In this document: one piece after another, positions 1 to 10,190 of the stretch
Numbering within the stretch: the stretch's first letter is position 1
Layout: every line of letters starts with the position of its first letter
Source: an uncultured Clostridia bacterium
GTDB taxonomy: Bacteria; Bacillota; Clostridia; TANB77; CAG-508
Direction: 5' to 3'
DNA: 48,007 bases
NCBI GenBank assembly: GCA_947629625.1
Contig: CANRES010000004.1
Span: 1-48,007 of the forward strand
The notes under the pieces: model-generated
Seen by the model: the letters and a program-made list of their open reading frames with translations, nothing else
What the model was told of the DNA's origin: nothing
Database searches by the model: none
Translations under genes and position numbers: made by a program

Positions 1-1
1 A

Positions 2-1120
2 GATTGTAAAGAATGTAAAACAAGACATAGAGCAGATAAATTAATAGAAGAATGGATGCATGAACATAACTGCGAAGAAATAGTTGACGGATGGCCAGAC
101 GAAAAAATGATAAACTATATAAAAGAAAACAATATTGTATGTCCTAATTGTGGAAAATTAAACTTCACAGATATTAGAAAATTCAATTTAATGTTTAAAA
201 CATTTCAAGGGGTTACAGAAGACTCAAAAGCAGAAATATATTTAAGACCAGAAACAGCACAAGGAATATTTGTAAACTTTAAAAATGTTATGAGAACAAC
301 AAGAAAAAAATTACCAATGGGAATTGCCCAAATTGGTAAAGCATTTAGAAATGAAATAACACCAGGAAACTTTACATTTAGAACACGTGAATTTGAACAA
401 ATGGAATTAGAATTTTTCTGTAAACCAGGAACAGACTTAGAATGGTTTGAATATTGGAGAAATTATTGTAAAAATTGGTTAATAAATTTAGGAATGAAAG
501 AAGAAAATATTAGATTAAGAGACCATAGTAAAGAAGAATTAGTATTTTATAGTAAAGCAACAACAGACATAGAATTTGCATTTCCATTTGGATGGGGAGA
601 ATTATGGGGAATAGCAGATAGAACAAATTATGATTTATCAAGACATATGGAAGTATCAAAAGAAGACTTTTCATACCTAGAAGAAGAAACAGGAGAAAAA
701 TATATACCATATTGTATAGAGCCATCTTTGGGAGCAGATAGAGTTGTATTAGCATTTCTTTGTAATGCTTATGACGAAGAAGAAATTGCCGAAGGAGATG
801 TAAGAACAGTATTACATTTACATCCTGCACTTGCACCATTTAAAGCAGCAATTTTACCACTATCTAAAAAATTAAGTGAAAAAGCAGAAGAAGTTTATCA
901 AAACTTATCAAAAGAATTTATGTGTGATTATGATGAAGCAGGTTCAATAGGAAAAAGATATAGAAGACAAGACGAAATTGGAACACCATATTGCATAACA
1001 ATAGATTTCGATACATTAGAAGATAATTCTGTAACAATTAGAGATAGAGATACAATGGAGCAAGTAAGAGTAAAAATAGACGAAATTAAAGAGTGGATAA
1101 ATGAAAAAATAAAATTTTAA
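2..1120 (+). CDS. glyQS: Glycyl-tRNA synthetase, class IIa homodimeric type; 5'-truncated by the window edge
   Basis: Frame is open from base 2 ([19 protein letters not shown]...). Motifs [45 protein letters not shown] and the anticodon domain [22 protein letters not shown]. Confidence 0.96.
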   Translation, partial: DCKECKTRHRADKLIEEWMHEHNCEEIVDGWPDEKMINYIKENNIVCPNCGKLNFTDIRKFNLMFKTFQGVTEDSKAEIYLRPETAQGIFVNFKNVMRTTRKKLPMGIAQIGKAFRNEITPGNFTFRTREFEQMELEFFCKPGTDLEWFEYWRNYCKNWLINLGMKEENIRLRDHSKEELVFYSKATTDIEFAFPFGWGELWGIADRTNYDLSRHMEVSKEDFSYLEEETGEKYIPYCIEPSLGADRVVLAFLCNAYDEEEIAEGDVRTVLHLHPALAPFKAAILPLSKKLSEKAEEVYQNLSKEFMCDYDEAGSIGKRYRRQDEIGTPYCITIDFDTLEDNSVTIRDRDTMEQVRVKIDEIKEWINEKIKF

Positions 1121-1134
1121 TTAGGAGGAAAACT

Positions 1135-3054
1135 ATGATAAAAATAACATTAAAAGATGGTTCAAATATGGAGGTTGAACAAGGAACAACAATATTAGAA
1201 GTAGCAAAAAAAATAAGTGAAGGACTAGCAAGAATGGCAACATGTGGAAAAGTAAATGGAGAAGTTCAAGATTTAAGATATAAATTAGAAGAAGACTGTG
1301 AATTAACAATAGAAACATTTGAAAGCAGTTTAGAAGGAAAAAAAGCATATTGGCACACAAGTTCACACATATTAGCACAAGCAGTAAAAAGACTATTTCC
1401 AAATACAAAATTTGCAATAGGACCTGCAATAGATGAAGGATTTTACTACGATTTTGATGTAGAAAAACCATTCTCAGAAGAAGACAAAACAAAAATAGAA
1501 GAAGAAATGAAAAAAATAATAAAAGAAAACATAGAAATAGAAAAATTTGTACTTCCAAAAGAAGAAGCAATAAAATTAATGGAAGGACAAATATATAAAC
1601 AAGAATTAATAAGAGAATTACCAGAAAATGAAGAAATATCCTTCTATAAACAAGGAGATTTTACAGACTTATGTGCAGGACCACACTTAGAAAATACAGG
1701 AAAAATAAAAACAATAAAAATATTATCATCATCAGGAGCATATTGGAGAGGTAGCGAAAAAAATAAAATGCTACAAAGAATTTATGCAATATCATTTCCA
1801 AAAGCAAGTGAGTTAGAAGAATATTTAGCAAAATTAGAAGATGCAAAAAATAGAGACCATAGAAAAATAGGAAAAGAACTAGAATTATTTATGACACATG
1901 AATTAGTAGGATCAGGACTACCAATGTATTTACCAAATGGAGCAACAGTTAGAAGATTATTAGAAAGATATATTCAAGATAAAGAAATAGCATTAGGTTA
2001 TAAACATGTATATACACCATCAATGGCAAATGTACAATTATACAAAACAAGTGGACATTGGGACCATTATAAAGAAGATATGTTTCCTGTTATGAAAATG
2101 GAAAATGAAGAAATAGTATTAAGACCAATGAACTGTCCACATCACATGTTGATATATAAAAACAAAATGCATTCATATAGAGATTTACCAATTAGAATAG
2201 GAGAATTAGCACACGATTTTAGATATGAAGCAAGTGGAAGTGTATGTGGATTAGAGAGAGTTCGTGAAATGTGTCAAAATGATGCACATTTATTTGTAAG
2301 ACCAGACCAAATAAAAGAAGAATTTAGAAAAGTTGTAAACTTAATTCTTTCAGTATATAAAGATTTTGGATTTAAAGATTACACATTTAGATTATCATTA
2401 AGAGATAAAGAAAATAAAGAAAAATACTTTGATAATGACGAAATGTGGGAAAAAGCAGAAAGTCAATTAAGAGAGATTTTGAAAGAATTAAACTTAAACT
2501 TCTATGAAGCAGAAGGAGAAGCAGCATTTTATGGACCAAAACTAGATGTTCAAATAAAAACAGCAATAGGACATGATATAACAATATCAACATGTCAATT
2601 AGACTTTTTATTACCAGAAAGATTTGAACTAGAATATATAGGAGAAGATGGCAAACCACATAGACCAGTAGTAATTCATAGAGCAATATTAGGAACATTA
2701 GATAGATTTATATCATTCTTAATAGAAGAAACAAAAGGAGCATTTCCATTATGGTTATCTCCTATACAAGTAAGAATATTACCAATAGCAGATAAATTTA
2801 TAGATTATGCAAAAACAGTTGTAGAAAAATTAGAAAGTAAAGGTATTAGAGTAGAACTAGACGATAGAAATGAAAAAATAGGATATAAAATACGTGAAGC
2901 ACAACTTCAAAAAATACCATATATGTTAATAGTTGGAGAAAAAGAACAAGAAACAAATTCTGTAAGTGTACGTTCAAGAGAACAAGGAGATATAGGTGCA
3001 GTAGAAGTAGAAAAATTTATTAGAGAAATTGAAGAAAAATTAAATAATAAATAA
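1135..3054 (+). CDS. thrS: Threonyl-tRNA synthetase
   Basis: N-terminal TGS domain; HTSSHILAQAV; DLCAGPH; RPMNCPHH; GEAAFYGPKLD; HRAILG. RBS AGGAGG. Confidence 0.98.
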   Translation: MIKITLKDGSNMEVEQGTTILEVAKKISEGLARMATCGKVNGEVQDLRYKLEEDCELTIETFESSLEGKKAYWHTSSHILAQAVKRLFPNTKFAIGPAIDEGFYYDFDVEKPFSEEDKTKIEEEMKKIIKENIEIEKFVLPKEEAIKLMEGQIYKQELIRELPENEEISFYKQGDFTDLCAGPHLENTGKIKTIKILSSSGAYWRGSEKNKMLQRIYAISFPKASELEEYLAKLEDAKNRDHRKIGKELELFMTHELVGSGLPMYLPNGATVRRLLERYIQDKEIALGYKHVYTPSMANVQLYKTSGHWDHYKEDMFPVMKMENEEIVLRPMNCPHHMLIYKNKMHSYRDLPIRIGELAHDFRYEASGSVCGLERVREMCQNDAHLFVRPDQIKEEFRKVVNLILSVYKDFGFKDYTFRLSLRDKENKEKYFDNDEMWEKAESQLREILKELNLNFYEAEGEAAFYGPKLDVQIKTAIGHDITISTCQLDFLLPERFELEYIGEDGKPHRPVVIHRAILGTLDRFISFLIEETKGAFPLWLSPIQVRILPIADKFIDYAKTVVEKLESKGIRVELDDRNEKIGYKIREAQLQKIPYMLIVGEKEQETNSVSVRSREQGDIGAVEVEKFIREIEEKLNNK

Positions 3055-3075
3055 TGGTTAAAATAAAAATTAAAT

Positions 3076-3115
3076 AAAAAAGCAATATAATTAACAAAAA
3101 ATTATATTGCTTTTT
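3076..3115 (+). terminator. Intrinsic terminator after thrS
   Basis: Inverted repeat AAAAAGCAATATAATT / AATTATATTGCTTTTT. Confidence 0.7.
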
Positions 3116-3181
3116 AGTTATATAATTATAAAAAAATAATATAAATATAAAGAAACTTAACAATAAAAAGAGAGGTTTTTT

Positions 3182-3904
3182 ATGTTTATATTTAGGAAAA
3201 AAAGATTAATAACTTTGTTATCATTAGTTTGTTTAGTAATATTAAGTTGTTCAGTAACAATTAATAAAAATGAAATAGAAGAAAACACAGTAGAAACAGT
3301 ATCACTACCTGTTACAAACAAAGTAATAGTAATAGATGCAGGGCATGGAACACCAGATGAAGGGGCACAAAATGAAAATGGACTTACAGAAGCGGCAATA
3401 AATTTAAAAATTGCATTAAAATTACAAAACCTATTAGAACAAAGTGGTTGTACAGTTATATTAACAAGGTCAGACGAAAATGCAATATATAATGCAGAAA
3501 GTAACACAATAAAACAAATGAAAGTATCAGATATTAAAAATAGAGTAAAAATAGGAAATGAATCCTCAGCAGATATTTTTGTATCTATTCATCTAAATAA
3601 AATACCACAATCCCAATATTATGGGTGGCAAACTTTTTATAAAAATGGAAACGAAAAAAGTGTAAGTTTAGCAACAAATATTCAAGATGGATTAAATGAA
3701 GCAATTAATAGAGAAAATAAAAGAGTACCACTTAAAATTTCTGGAATATATATTGTTGACCATGTTGAAATACCACTTGCCATCGTAGAATGTGGATTTT
3801 TATCTAATAGAGAAGAAGCAGAATTATTACAACAAGAAGAATATCAAGATAAACTTGCTTGGGGAATTTATAATGGCATAAGTAATTATTTCTACACTAA
3901 TTAA
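3182..3904 (+). CDS. cwlD: N-acetylmuramoyl-L-alanine amidase (Amidase_3), CwlD-like spore cortex enzyme
   Basis: N-terminal hydrophobic anchor; VIVIDAGHG..DEGA, FVSIHLN, GWQTFY, IVECGFLSN.EEAELL...YQDKLAWGIY. Confidence 0.8.
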   Translation: MFIFRKKRLITLLSLVCLVILSCSVTINKNEIEENTVETVSLPVTNKVIVIDAGHGTPDEGAQNENGLTEAAINLKIALKLQNLLEQSGCTVILTRSDENAIYNAESNTIKQMKVSDIKNRVKIGNESSADIFVSIHLNKIPQSQYYGWQTFYKNGNEKSVSLATNIQDGLNEAINRENKRVPLKISGIYIVDHVEIPLAIVECGFLSNREEAELLQQEEYQDKLAWGIYNGISNYFYTN

Positions 3905-3959
3905 TAATTTACAAGTATAAATTAAGTATATAAATTCAAAAGATACAAACACAAATGAA

Positions 3960-3988
3960 GTATAAAAAAACCAAATTTGGAAATACTT
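3960..3988 (+). promoter_or_regulatory. Putative forespore sigmaF/sigmaG-type promoter of sigG
   Basis: GTATA-N14-GGAAATACTT resembles the sigmaF consensus (GYWTA...GGnnAnAnTW); lies just upstream of RBS AAGGAGG and the TTG start. Confidence 0.5.
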
Positions 3989-4022
3989 TTAATTAAGTAA
4001 ATTACCAAAGGAGGTTTTTTAT

Positions 4023-4796
4023 TTGATAAAGAAGGTAGAAATATGTGGAGTAAACACATCAAAATTACCAGTTCTTTCAAATGAAGAAAAAAACGAACTA
4101 TTTATCAAAATAAAAAATGGTGATGAAGAAGCAAGAACAACATTTATAAACGGAAATTTAAGATTAGTATTAAGTGTAATACAAAGGTTTTCAGATAGGG
4201 GAGAAAATGCAGACGATTTATTTCAAGTAGGTTGTATAGGTTTAATAAAATCAATAGATAATTTTGATTTATCACAAGGAGTTCAATTTTCAACTTATGC
4301 AGTACCAATGATAATTGGAGAAATTAGAAGATATTTACGAGATAATAACTCAATAAGAGTAAGTAGGTCAATAAGAGACTTAGCATATAAGGCATTGCAG
4401 TCAAAAGAAAAATTAACAAAAGAAACAGGAAAAGAACCTACAATAGAAGAAATATCAAAAGACCTACAAGTACCAAAAGAAGATGTAATATTAAGTTTTG
4501 ATGCAATACAAGACCCTATATCACTACAAGAACCAATATATAAAGACGGAACAGAAAATATGTATGTAATAGACCAAATAAGAGATACAAAAAATACAGA
4601 CGAAAAATGGACAGACGATTTAACAATTTCACAAGCAATGAAAAAATTAAATGATAGAGAAAAAGTTATAATAACAAAAAGATTTTTTGATGGAAGAACA
4701 CAAATGGAAGTAGCAGAAGAAATAGGCATTTCACAGGCTCAAGTTTCAAGATTAGAAAAAAATGCAATAAGCCGAATAAAAAAATTATATAAATAA
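4023..4796 (+). CDS. sigG: RNA polymerase sporulation sigma factor SigG
   Basis: Diagnostic N-terminus KVEICGVNTSKLPVL; NLRLVLSVIQRF; DDLFQVGCIGLIKSIDNFD; TQMEVAEEIGISQAQVSRLEK. TTG start. Confidence 0.96.
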   Translation: MIKKVEICGVNTSKLPVLSNEEKNELFIKIKNGDEEARTTFINGNLRLVLSVIQRFSDRGENADDLFQVGCIGLIKSIDNFDLSQGVQFSTYAVPMIIGEIRRYLRDNNSIRVSRSIRDLAYKALQSKEKLTKETGKEPTIEEISKDLQVPKEDVILSFDAIQDPISLQEPIYKDGTENMYVIDQIRDTKNTDEKWTDDLTISQAMKKLNDREKVIITKRFFDGRTQMEVAEEIGISQAQVSRLEKNAISRIKKLYK

Positions 4797-4829
4797 GCAA
4801 TAGAAAAAATTTTTATTTCTATTGCTTTT
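4795..4829 (+). terminator. Intrinsic terminator after sigG
   Basis: AAGCAATAGAAA / TTTCTATTGCTT followed by a T-rich tract. Confidence 0.7.
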
Positions 4830-4849
4830 ATTTTATTTTTTGATATAAT
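4822..4849 (+). promoter_or_regulatory. Putative sigmaA promoter of the mur cluster
   Basis: TTGCTT-N16-TATAAT with TGn extended -10; the -35 overlaps the sigG terminator. Confidence 0.5.
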
Positions 4850-4943
4850 ATTTAATGAAAAAATATTAGTTATATAATACAGATTAAATAAATATATTTA
4901 TAATATATACAACCATAAAGAAAAAAGAAAGGAAAAGATATTT

Positions 4944-6416
4944 ATGGAGTTAAAAAGAATATTAGGAGGCTTAGAAAATTTAAAAGCAAGAGGAAATTTA
5001 GATGTAGATATAACCAACATTAGTAGTGATTCAAGAGAAATAAAAGAAAATGGAATGTTTATAGCAATAAAAGGATATGAAACAGACGGACATAATTACA
5101 TAGATTCTGCTATACAAAATGGAGCAAAAGTTGTAATGGTAGAAGAAGGAATAGATATAAAAACACTAAACATTCCAAAAGAAATTACACTAATTGTAAG
5201 TACAAATACAAGATACGCATTAGCAATATGTGGTTGTAATTTTTATGGGGAACCATCAACTAAATTTAAACTTATAGGAGTTACAGGAACAAAAGGAAAA
5301 ACAACAACAACATATATGATTAAATCTATCTTAGAAAAACAAGGAAAAAAAGTAGGTTTAATAGGAACAATAGCAACATATATAGGAGATAAAAAAATAG
5401 AAGATTCAGATAGAACAACACCAGAAAGTATAAAATTACAAAAAATATTTGCAGATATGGTAAAAGCAAAAGTAGATGTAGTAGTAATGGAAGTATCTTC
5501 ACAAAGCTTAAAATTAGACAGAGTAGCAGGATGCGATTTCGATATAGGAGTATTTACAAACTTTTCAGAAGACCATATTAGCGAAAAAGAACATCCAAAT
5601 ATGCAAGATTACTTTGAATCTAAAATAAAATTATTTAGTATGTGTAAAACAGCATTTGTAAATGTTGACGATATATATGGCCTAAAAATTTCAAAATTAA
5701 ATAATGGATGTGAAATGCACACTTACGGAATAGATAATTTTGCAGAAGTATTAGCAAAAGATATTACAATTACAAATTCATTTGTAGATTTCAAAGTAAA
5801 AATAAATGGAAAAAATGAAAGAATAAAAGTAGGAATACCAGGTAGATTTAGTGTATATAACTCATTAGCTGCAATATGTGTTGCTTTAAAATTAGGAGCA
5901 AGTACAGAAAGCATAAAAGAAGCATTATTAGAAGTTAGAGTTCCGGGAAGAAGTGAATTAATAGATAACAAAAAAGAATTAGTAATAATGATAGACTATG
6001 CACATTCACCTGAAAGCCTAGAAAATATTTTATCAGCAGTAAAATCATATACAAAAGGAAAAGTAATATCACTATTTGGTTGTGGAGGAGATAGAGATAA
6101 AACAAAAAGACCAATAATGGGAGAAATATCAGGAAGAATAGCAGATTACACTATAATAACATCAGATAATCCAAGAACTGAGAATCCAGACGAAATAGTT
6201 AATGAAATAGAACAAGGAATAAAAAAGACAAACGGAAAATATATTTGTATAGTAGATAGAATAGAAGCAATAAAACACGCAATATCAATTGCAACAAAAA
6301 GAGATATAATAGTTCTTGCAGGAAAAGGACACGAGCCATATCAAGAAATAAATCATATTAAACATCCTTTTGATGAAAGAATAATAGTTAAAGAAATTAT
6401 AGACGAAATGAAATAA
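4944..6416 (+). CDS. murE: UDP-N-acetylmuramoyl-L-alanyl-D-glutamate--2,6-diaminopimelate ligase
   Basis: GVTGTKGKTTT, RTTPES, MEVSSQ, DYAHSP, FGCGGDRD, DNPR (DAP-type specificity motif), LAGKGHE. Confidence 0.96.
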   Translation: MELKRILGGLENLKARGNLDVDITNISSDSREIKENGMFIAIKGYETDGHNYIDSAIQNGAKVVMVEEGIDIKTLNIPKEITLIVSTNTRYALAICGCNFYGEPSTKFKLIGVTGTKGKTTTTYMIKSILEKQGKKVGLIGTIATYIGDKKIEDSDRTTPESIKLQKIFADMVKAKVDVVVMEVSSQSLKLDRVAGCDFDIGVFTNFSEDHISEKEHPNMQDYFESKIKLFSMCKTAFVNVDDIYGLKISKLNNGCEMHTYGIDNFAEVLAKDITITNSFVDFKVKINGKNERIKVGIPGRFSVYNSLAAICVALKLGASTESIKEALLEVRVPGRSELIDNKKELVIMIDYAHSPESLENILSAVKSYTKGKVISLFGCGGDRDKTKRPIMGEISGRIADYTIITSDNPRTENPDEIVNEIEQGIKKTNGKYICIVDRIEAIKHAISIATKRDIIVLAGKGHEPYQEINHIKHPFDERIIVKEIIDEMK

Positions 6417-6433
6417 AGAAAAGAGGTACATAA

Positions 6434-7411
6434 GTGGAATTTCAAATAAAAATATTATTATTATCTTTTGTTGCAACAACTGCATTAGGAATAATAATTA
6501 TACCAATATTAAGAAGGCTGAAAGTAGGTCAAATTGAAAGAGATGATGGTCCAGAATCACATTTGAAAAAACAAGGAACTCCTACAATGGGAGGAATAAT
6601 AGTAATTTTAGCAACTGCAATTTTAACTGCAACTGCTTATGGCTATTATATAGGAGATGAGCCAGAAGTAGCAAATAAACTATTACCAATATTATTAATA
6701 TCAGCAGGTTTTGGATTAGTAGGTTTAGTTGATGATATAAAAAAATTAATATTAAAAAATACAGATGGATTAAAACCAGCATACAAAATGATAGGATTAC
6801 TTATTATATCAGTAATATATGTATTGTATTTAGTATACTTTTTAAAAATAGATACATATACATATATACCAATTTTAAAAACATATATAAATTTGTGGTT
6901 ACCAATATATATATTATTTAATATATTTGTAATTTTAGGAACAACAAATGCAGTAAATTTAACAGATGGGGTAGATGGATTAGCAACAAGTGTATCAGTA
7001 ATTATAATTGCATGCCTAACTGTAATTGGAATTATATATGATGTTAAAGAAGTTGCAGTATTTGGAAGTATTGTTACAGGAACATGTCTAGGCTTTTTAA
7101 TATTTAACTTACATCCTGCCAAAGTATTTATGGGAGATACAGGCTCATTACTATTAGGAGGAGTTATTGCAGGAATGTCTATATACTTAAAAATGCCATT
7201 ATTACTACTAATAATAGCAATAATACCAATAGCAGAAACAATATCTGTAATAATTCAAGTAGTATACTTTAAGAAAACAGGAAATAGAGTATTCAAAATG
7301 GCCCCATTGCATCATCATTATGAATTATCTGGCTGGAATGAAAATAAAGTTGTATCAATATTTAGTATAATAACCTTAATATTTTGTGTAATAGGATTAT
7401 ACGTTATTTAA
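6434..7411 (+). CDS. mraY: Phospho-N-acetylmuramoyl-pentapeptide transferase
   Basis: KQGTPTMGG, NAVNLTDGVDGLA, VFMGDTGS, MAPLHHHYE; multi-pass membrane protein; GTG start. Confidence 0.97.
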   Translation: MEFQIKILLLSFVATTALGIIIIPILRRLKVGQIERDDGPESHLKKQGTPTMGGIIVILATAILTATAYGYYIGDEPEVANKLLPILLISAGFGLVGLVDDIKKLILKNTDGLKPAYKMIGLLIISVIYVLYLVYFLKIDTYTYIPILKTYINLWLPIYILFNIFVILGTTNAVNLTDGVDGLATSVSVIIIACLTVIGIIYDVKEVAVFGSIVTGTCLGFLIFNLHPAKVFMGDTGSLLLGGVIAGMSIYLKMPLLLLIIAIIPIAETISVIIQVVYFKKTGNRVFKMAPLHHHYELSGWNENKVVSIFSIITLIFCVIGLYVI

Positions 7412-7437
7412 AAAAATCAAAAGAGAGGAGCATATAA

Positions 7438-8596
7438 ATGCCAAAAAAGAAAAAAGAAAATAAATTTTCAAGTTTTATAGATAAACCATTTGACTTTATT
7501 TTATTTATAGTTATCCTATTGTTATTATCAATAGGAATAATAATGGTATTATCAGCAAGTGCTCCATCTGCATTAGCAGAAACGGGAAATAGTTATTCTT
7601 ATGTTACAACACAAGCGGTAAGTGCAGTATTAGGAATAATATTAATGTTAGTTATATCAAAAATAGATTATAGATTTTATAAAAAGTTTTATAAAATATT
7701 ATATTGGGTATCAATAGGTTTACTTGCAATAGTTTTAATACCGGGAGTTGGTTACGCAGCAAATGGTGCTTTAAGATGGATAGATTTAGGTTTTACAACT
7801 ATACAACCATCAGAAATAGTAAAAATTGCTTTAATAATATTTTATGCAGCATTCTTAACAAATAATAAAGACAAATTATCAAAATGGAAAACAGGATTTT
7901 TAATACCACTTCTAATCTTAGTACCTATAATTTTAGAATTAGTTTTAATACAAGACCATTTAAGTGCTACATTAGTTATAGTTGCAATTATTTCAATAAT
8001 GATGCTAATTGCAGGAACAAAATTGAGACATTTTATTATAACAGGTCTACCAATAGCGGCTGTTGGAGTTATTGGATTAATATTACTTGCAAAATATGCA
8101 GATATAGGTGGATTTAGACTTGCAAGATTAACTGCATTTTTAGACCCATGGCAAGACCCAACAAATACAGGATGGCAGATAATAAATAGTTTATATGCAA
8201 TAGGGTCAGGAGGTTTATTTGGTTTAGGTTTAGGAAATAGTAAACAAAAATATTTATATATACCAGAGCCACAAAACGACTTTATATTCTCAGTATTTGC
8301 AGAAGAATTAGGATTTTTAGGATGTGTAGTAGTAATATTACTATTTGCAATATTTATTTGGAGAGGAATATTAATATCAATGAAAGCACCAGATATGTTT
8401 GGAAGTCTTGTTGCAATTGGAATAACATCACTTGTGGGAATTCAAGCAATTATAAATATAGCAGTTGTAACATCGTCAATACCAAATACAGGAATGCCTC
8501 TGCCGTTTTTTAGTTATGGTGGTACGGCTCTGTTAATACTATTATGTGCAATGCGGAATTTTATTAAATATTTCTCGTGCAAGTAAAAAAATATAA
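7438..8596 (+). CDS. ftsW: SEDS peptidoglycan glycosyltransferase FtsW/SpoVE, with an apparent +1 frameshift near the 3' end
   Basis: IQPSEIVK, LYIPEPQNDFIF, GMPLPFFSYGGT. The given ORF stops at 8586 (…MRNFIKYFSCK), while the conserved ending GILLNISRASKKI* is in the +1 frame at 8555-8596. Confidence 0.9.
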
Positions 8597-8647
8597 AAGA
8601 AAATTTTTATTAAAGAGTAAATTAAATTACTCGAATGGAGGTTTTTT

Positions 8648-9766
8648 ATGAGAGTTATAATAGCAGCAGCAGGTACAGCAGGACATATAAATCCGGGTAT
8701 TGCAATAGCAAACAAGATAAAAGAAGAAGAAAGTAATTCTCAAATTATTTTTCTAGGAACTTCAAGAGGACTAGAAAAAGATTTAGTTTCACGTGCAGGA
8801 TATGAATTAAAAACAATAGACGCATATGGACTAAGTAAAAAAATAAGTATAGATAGTATAAAAAATTTATTTAAAACATATAAAGGTATTGGGCAAGCAA
8901 ATAAAATAGTAAAAGAATTTAAACCAGATATAATAATTGGTACAGGAGGATATATATGTGGAGCAGCAATACTTGCAGGTAAGAAAAATAATGTACCTAC
9001 AATTTTACATGAAAGCAATGCCTTACCGGGAAAAGCAGTTAGAATGTTATCAAAAAAGGTAGATAAAATTCTATTAGGATTTGAAGACGCAGTACAAAAA
9101 TTAGATGAAAAAGAAAAACTTGTTGTAACAGGAACACCTGTAAAGATAAGAGATTTAAATTTATCAGATAAACAAAAAGAACAAAAATTAAAACAATTAG
9201 CATTTAGCCCAAATAAACCTTTAATTTTAATATTTGGTGGTAGTCAAGGTGCAAAAAAAATTAATGATGCAGTTTTTGAAATTATAAAACAAAAATTAAA
9301 TAACAATTATCAAATAATATGGGCAACAGGACCAACTCAATACGATAATATTGTTGAACAATTTAAAAAAGAAAACATAGATATTGAAACATTAATTGGG
9401 GTAAAAGTTCTTCCATATATATACAATATGGAAGAAATAATGAACATTGCATCAGTATTAGTATGCAGAAGTGGAGCAATGACAGTTACTGAAATTTCAA
9501 AATTAGGAAAACCTGCAATATTTATTCCATTACCTAATGTTAGTGAAAATCATCAAGAATATAATGCAAGAACATTAGAAAAATTGAGTGCAGCAAGAGT
9601 AATTTTAGATGCAGAATTAAATGCAAATATCTTAAATGAAAATATAAATAGTGTAATATCTAATAGAAATAACTTAGAACAAATGGGTATTAATGCAAGA
9701 CTATTAAGCATAAGTAATGTTGAAGATAAGATTTATGACGAAATAACAAAATTAGTTAATAAATAA
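8648..9766 (+). CDS. murG: Undecaprenyl-PP-MurNAc-pentapeptide GlcNAc transferase
   Basis: AAAGTAGHINPG, GTGGYI, HESNALPG, FGGSQGA, CRSGAMT, HQEYNA. Confidence 0.96.
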   Translation: MRVIIAAAGTAGHINPGIAIANKIKEEESNSQIIFLGTSRGLEKDLVSRAGYELKTIDAYGLSKKISIDSIKNLFKTYKGIGQANKIVKEFKPDIIIGTGGYICGAAILAGKKNNVPTILHESNALPGKAVRMLSKKVDKILLGFEDAVQKLDEKEKLVVTGTPVKIRDLNLSDKQKEQKLKQLAFSPNKPLILIFGGSQGAKKINDAVFEIIKQKLNNNYQIIWATGPTQYDNIVEQFKKENIDIETLIGVKVLPYIYNMEEIMNIASVLVCRSGAMTVTEISKLGKPAIFIPLPNVSENHQEYNARTLEKLSAARVILDAELNANILNENINSVISNRNNLEQMGINARLLSISNVEDKIYDEITKLVNK

Positions 9767-9780
9767 TTAAATATATAAAA

Positions 9781-9812
9781 AAGAGGGAATTCTTAATAAA
9801 GAATGCCCTCTT
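9781..9812. terminator. Likely bidirectional terminator between murG and the convergent small gene
   Basis: AAGAGGGAATTCTT / AAGAATGCCCTCTT hairpin between convergent ORFs. Confidence 0.7.
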
Positions 9813-9820
9813 AAAGATAA

Positions 9821-10054
9821 TTACGGATTCCAAGTTAATAAAATTTCAAAAACTTCTTCTGATTTTTCTACTGTCTTAGAAAAAAATGAAACATAGTAAT
9901 AATTTTCAATTTTAGTACATGTCATACTTGCTCTAATATTTTTAGATGCTATAAAGTAAATAAAATTTTGAAAATCAGCACTAGATACTTTTATATTGCA
10001 CATATGCCCTAAAAGTATTAATTCATTTTTTTCAGAAAACCGGTCGTAATACAT
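9821..10054 (-). CDS. Small hypothetical protein (77 aa, MYYDRFSEK...LLTWNP)
   Basis: Lies in intergenic space rather than opposite another gene; strong RBS GAAAGGAGAG (10070-10061) 6 nt before the ATG at 10054; terminator downstream. Confidence 0.65.
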   Translation of the reverse strand: MYYDRFSEKNELILLGHMCNIKVSSADFQNFIYFIASKNIRASMTCTKIENYYYVSFFSKTVEKSEEVFEILLTWNP

Positions 10055-10190
10055 TGGAATCTCTCCTTTCAAAAATAAACTGTACTATTAATTATATGTG
10101 GTAATAATTAAAATATGATAAAAAATATAAATAAATTTTAAAATAACAGTAAAATATTTATCTAATATAAAAACAAAAAGAGGTAAAAAA

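Noticed and set aside
7884-8513. Alternative-frame + strand ORFs inside ftsW (7884-8117, 8322-8513)
   Set aside because: The main frame is conserved across this span; these ORFs have no motifs and are unrelated to the 8554 frameshift.
10040-10042. CGG codon in the minus-strand orphan as a second +1 shift site
   Set aside because: Shifting there reaches a stop within a few codons while frame 0 stays open for 77 aa, so it does not support a general CGG recoding rule.
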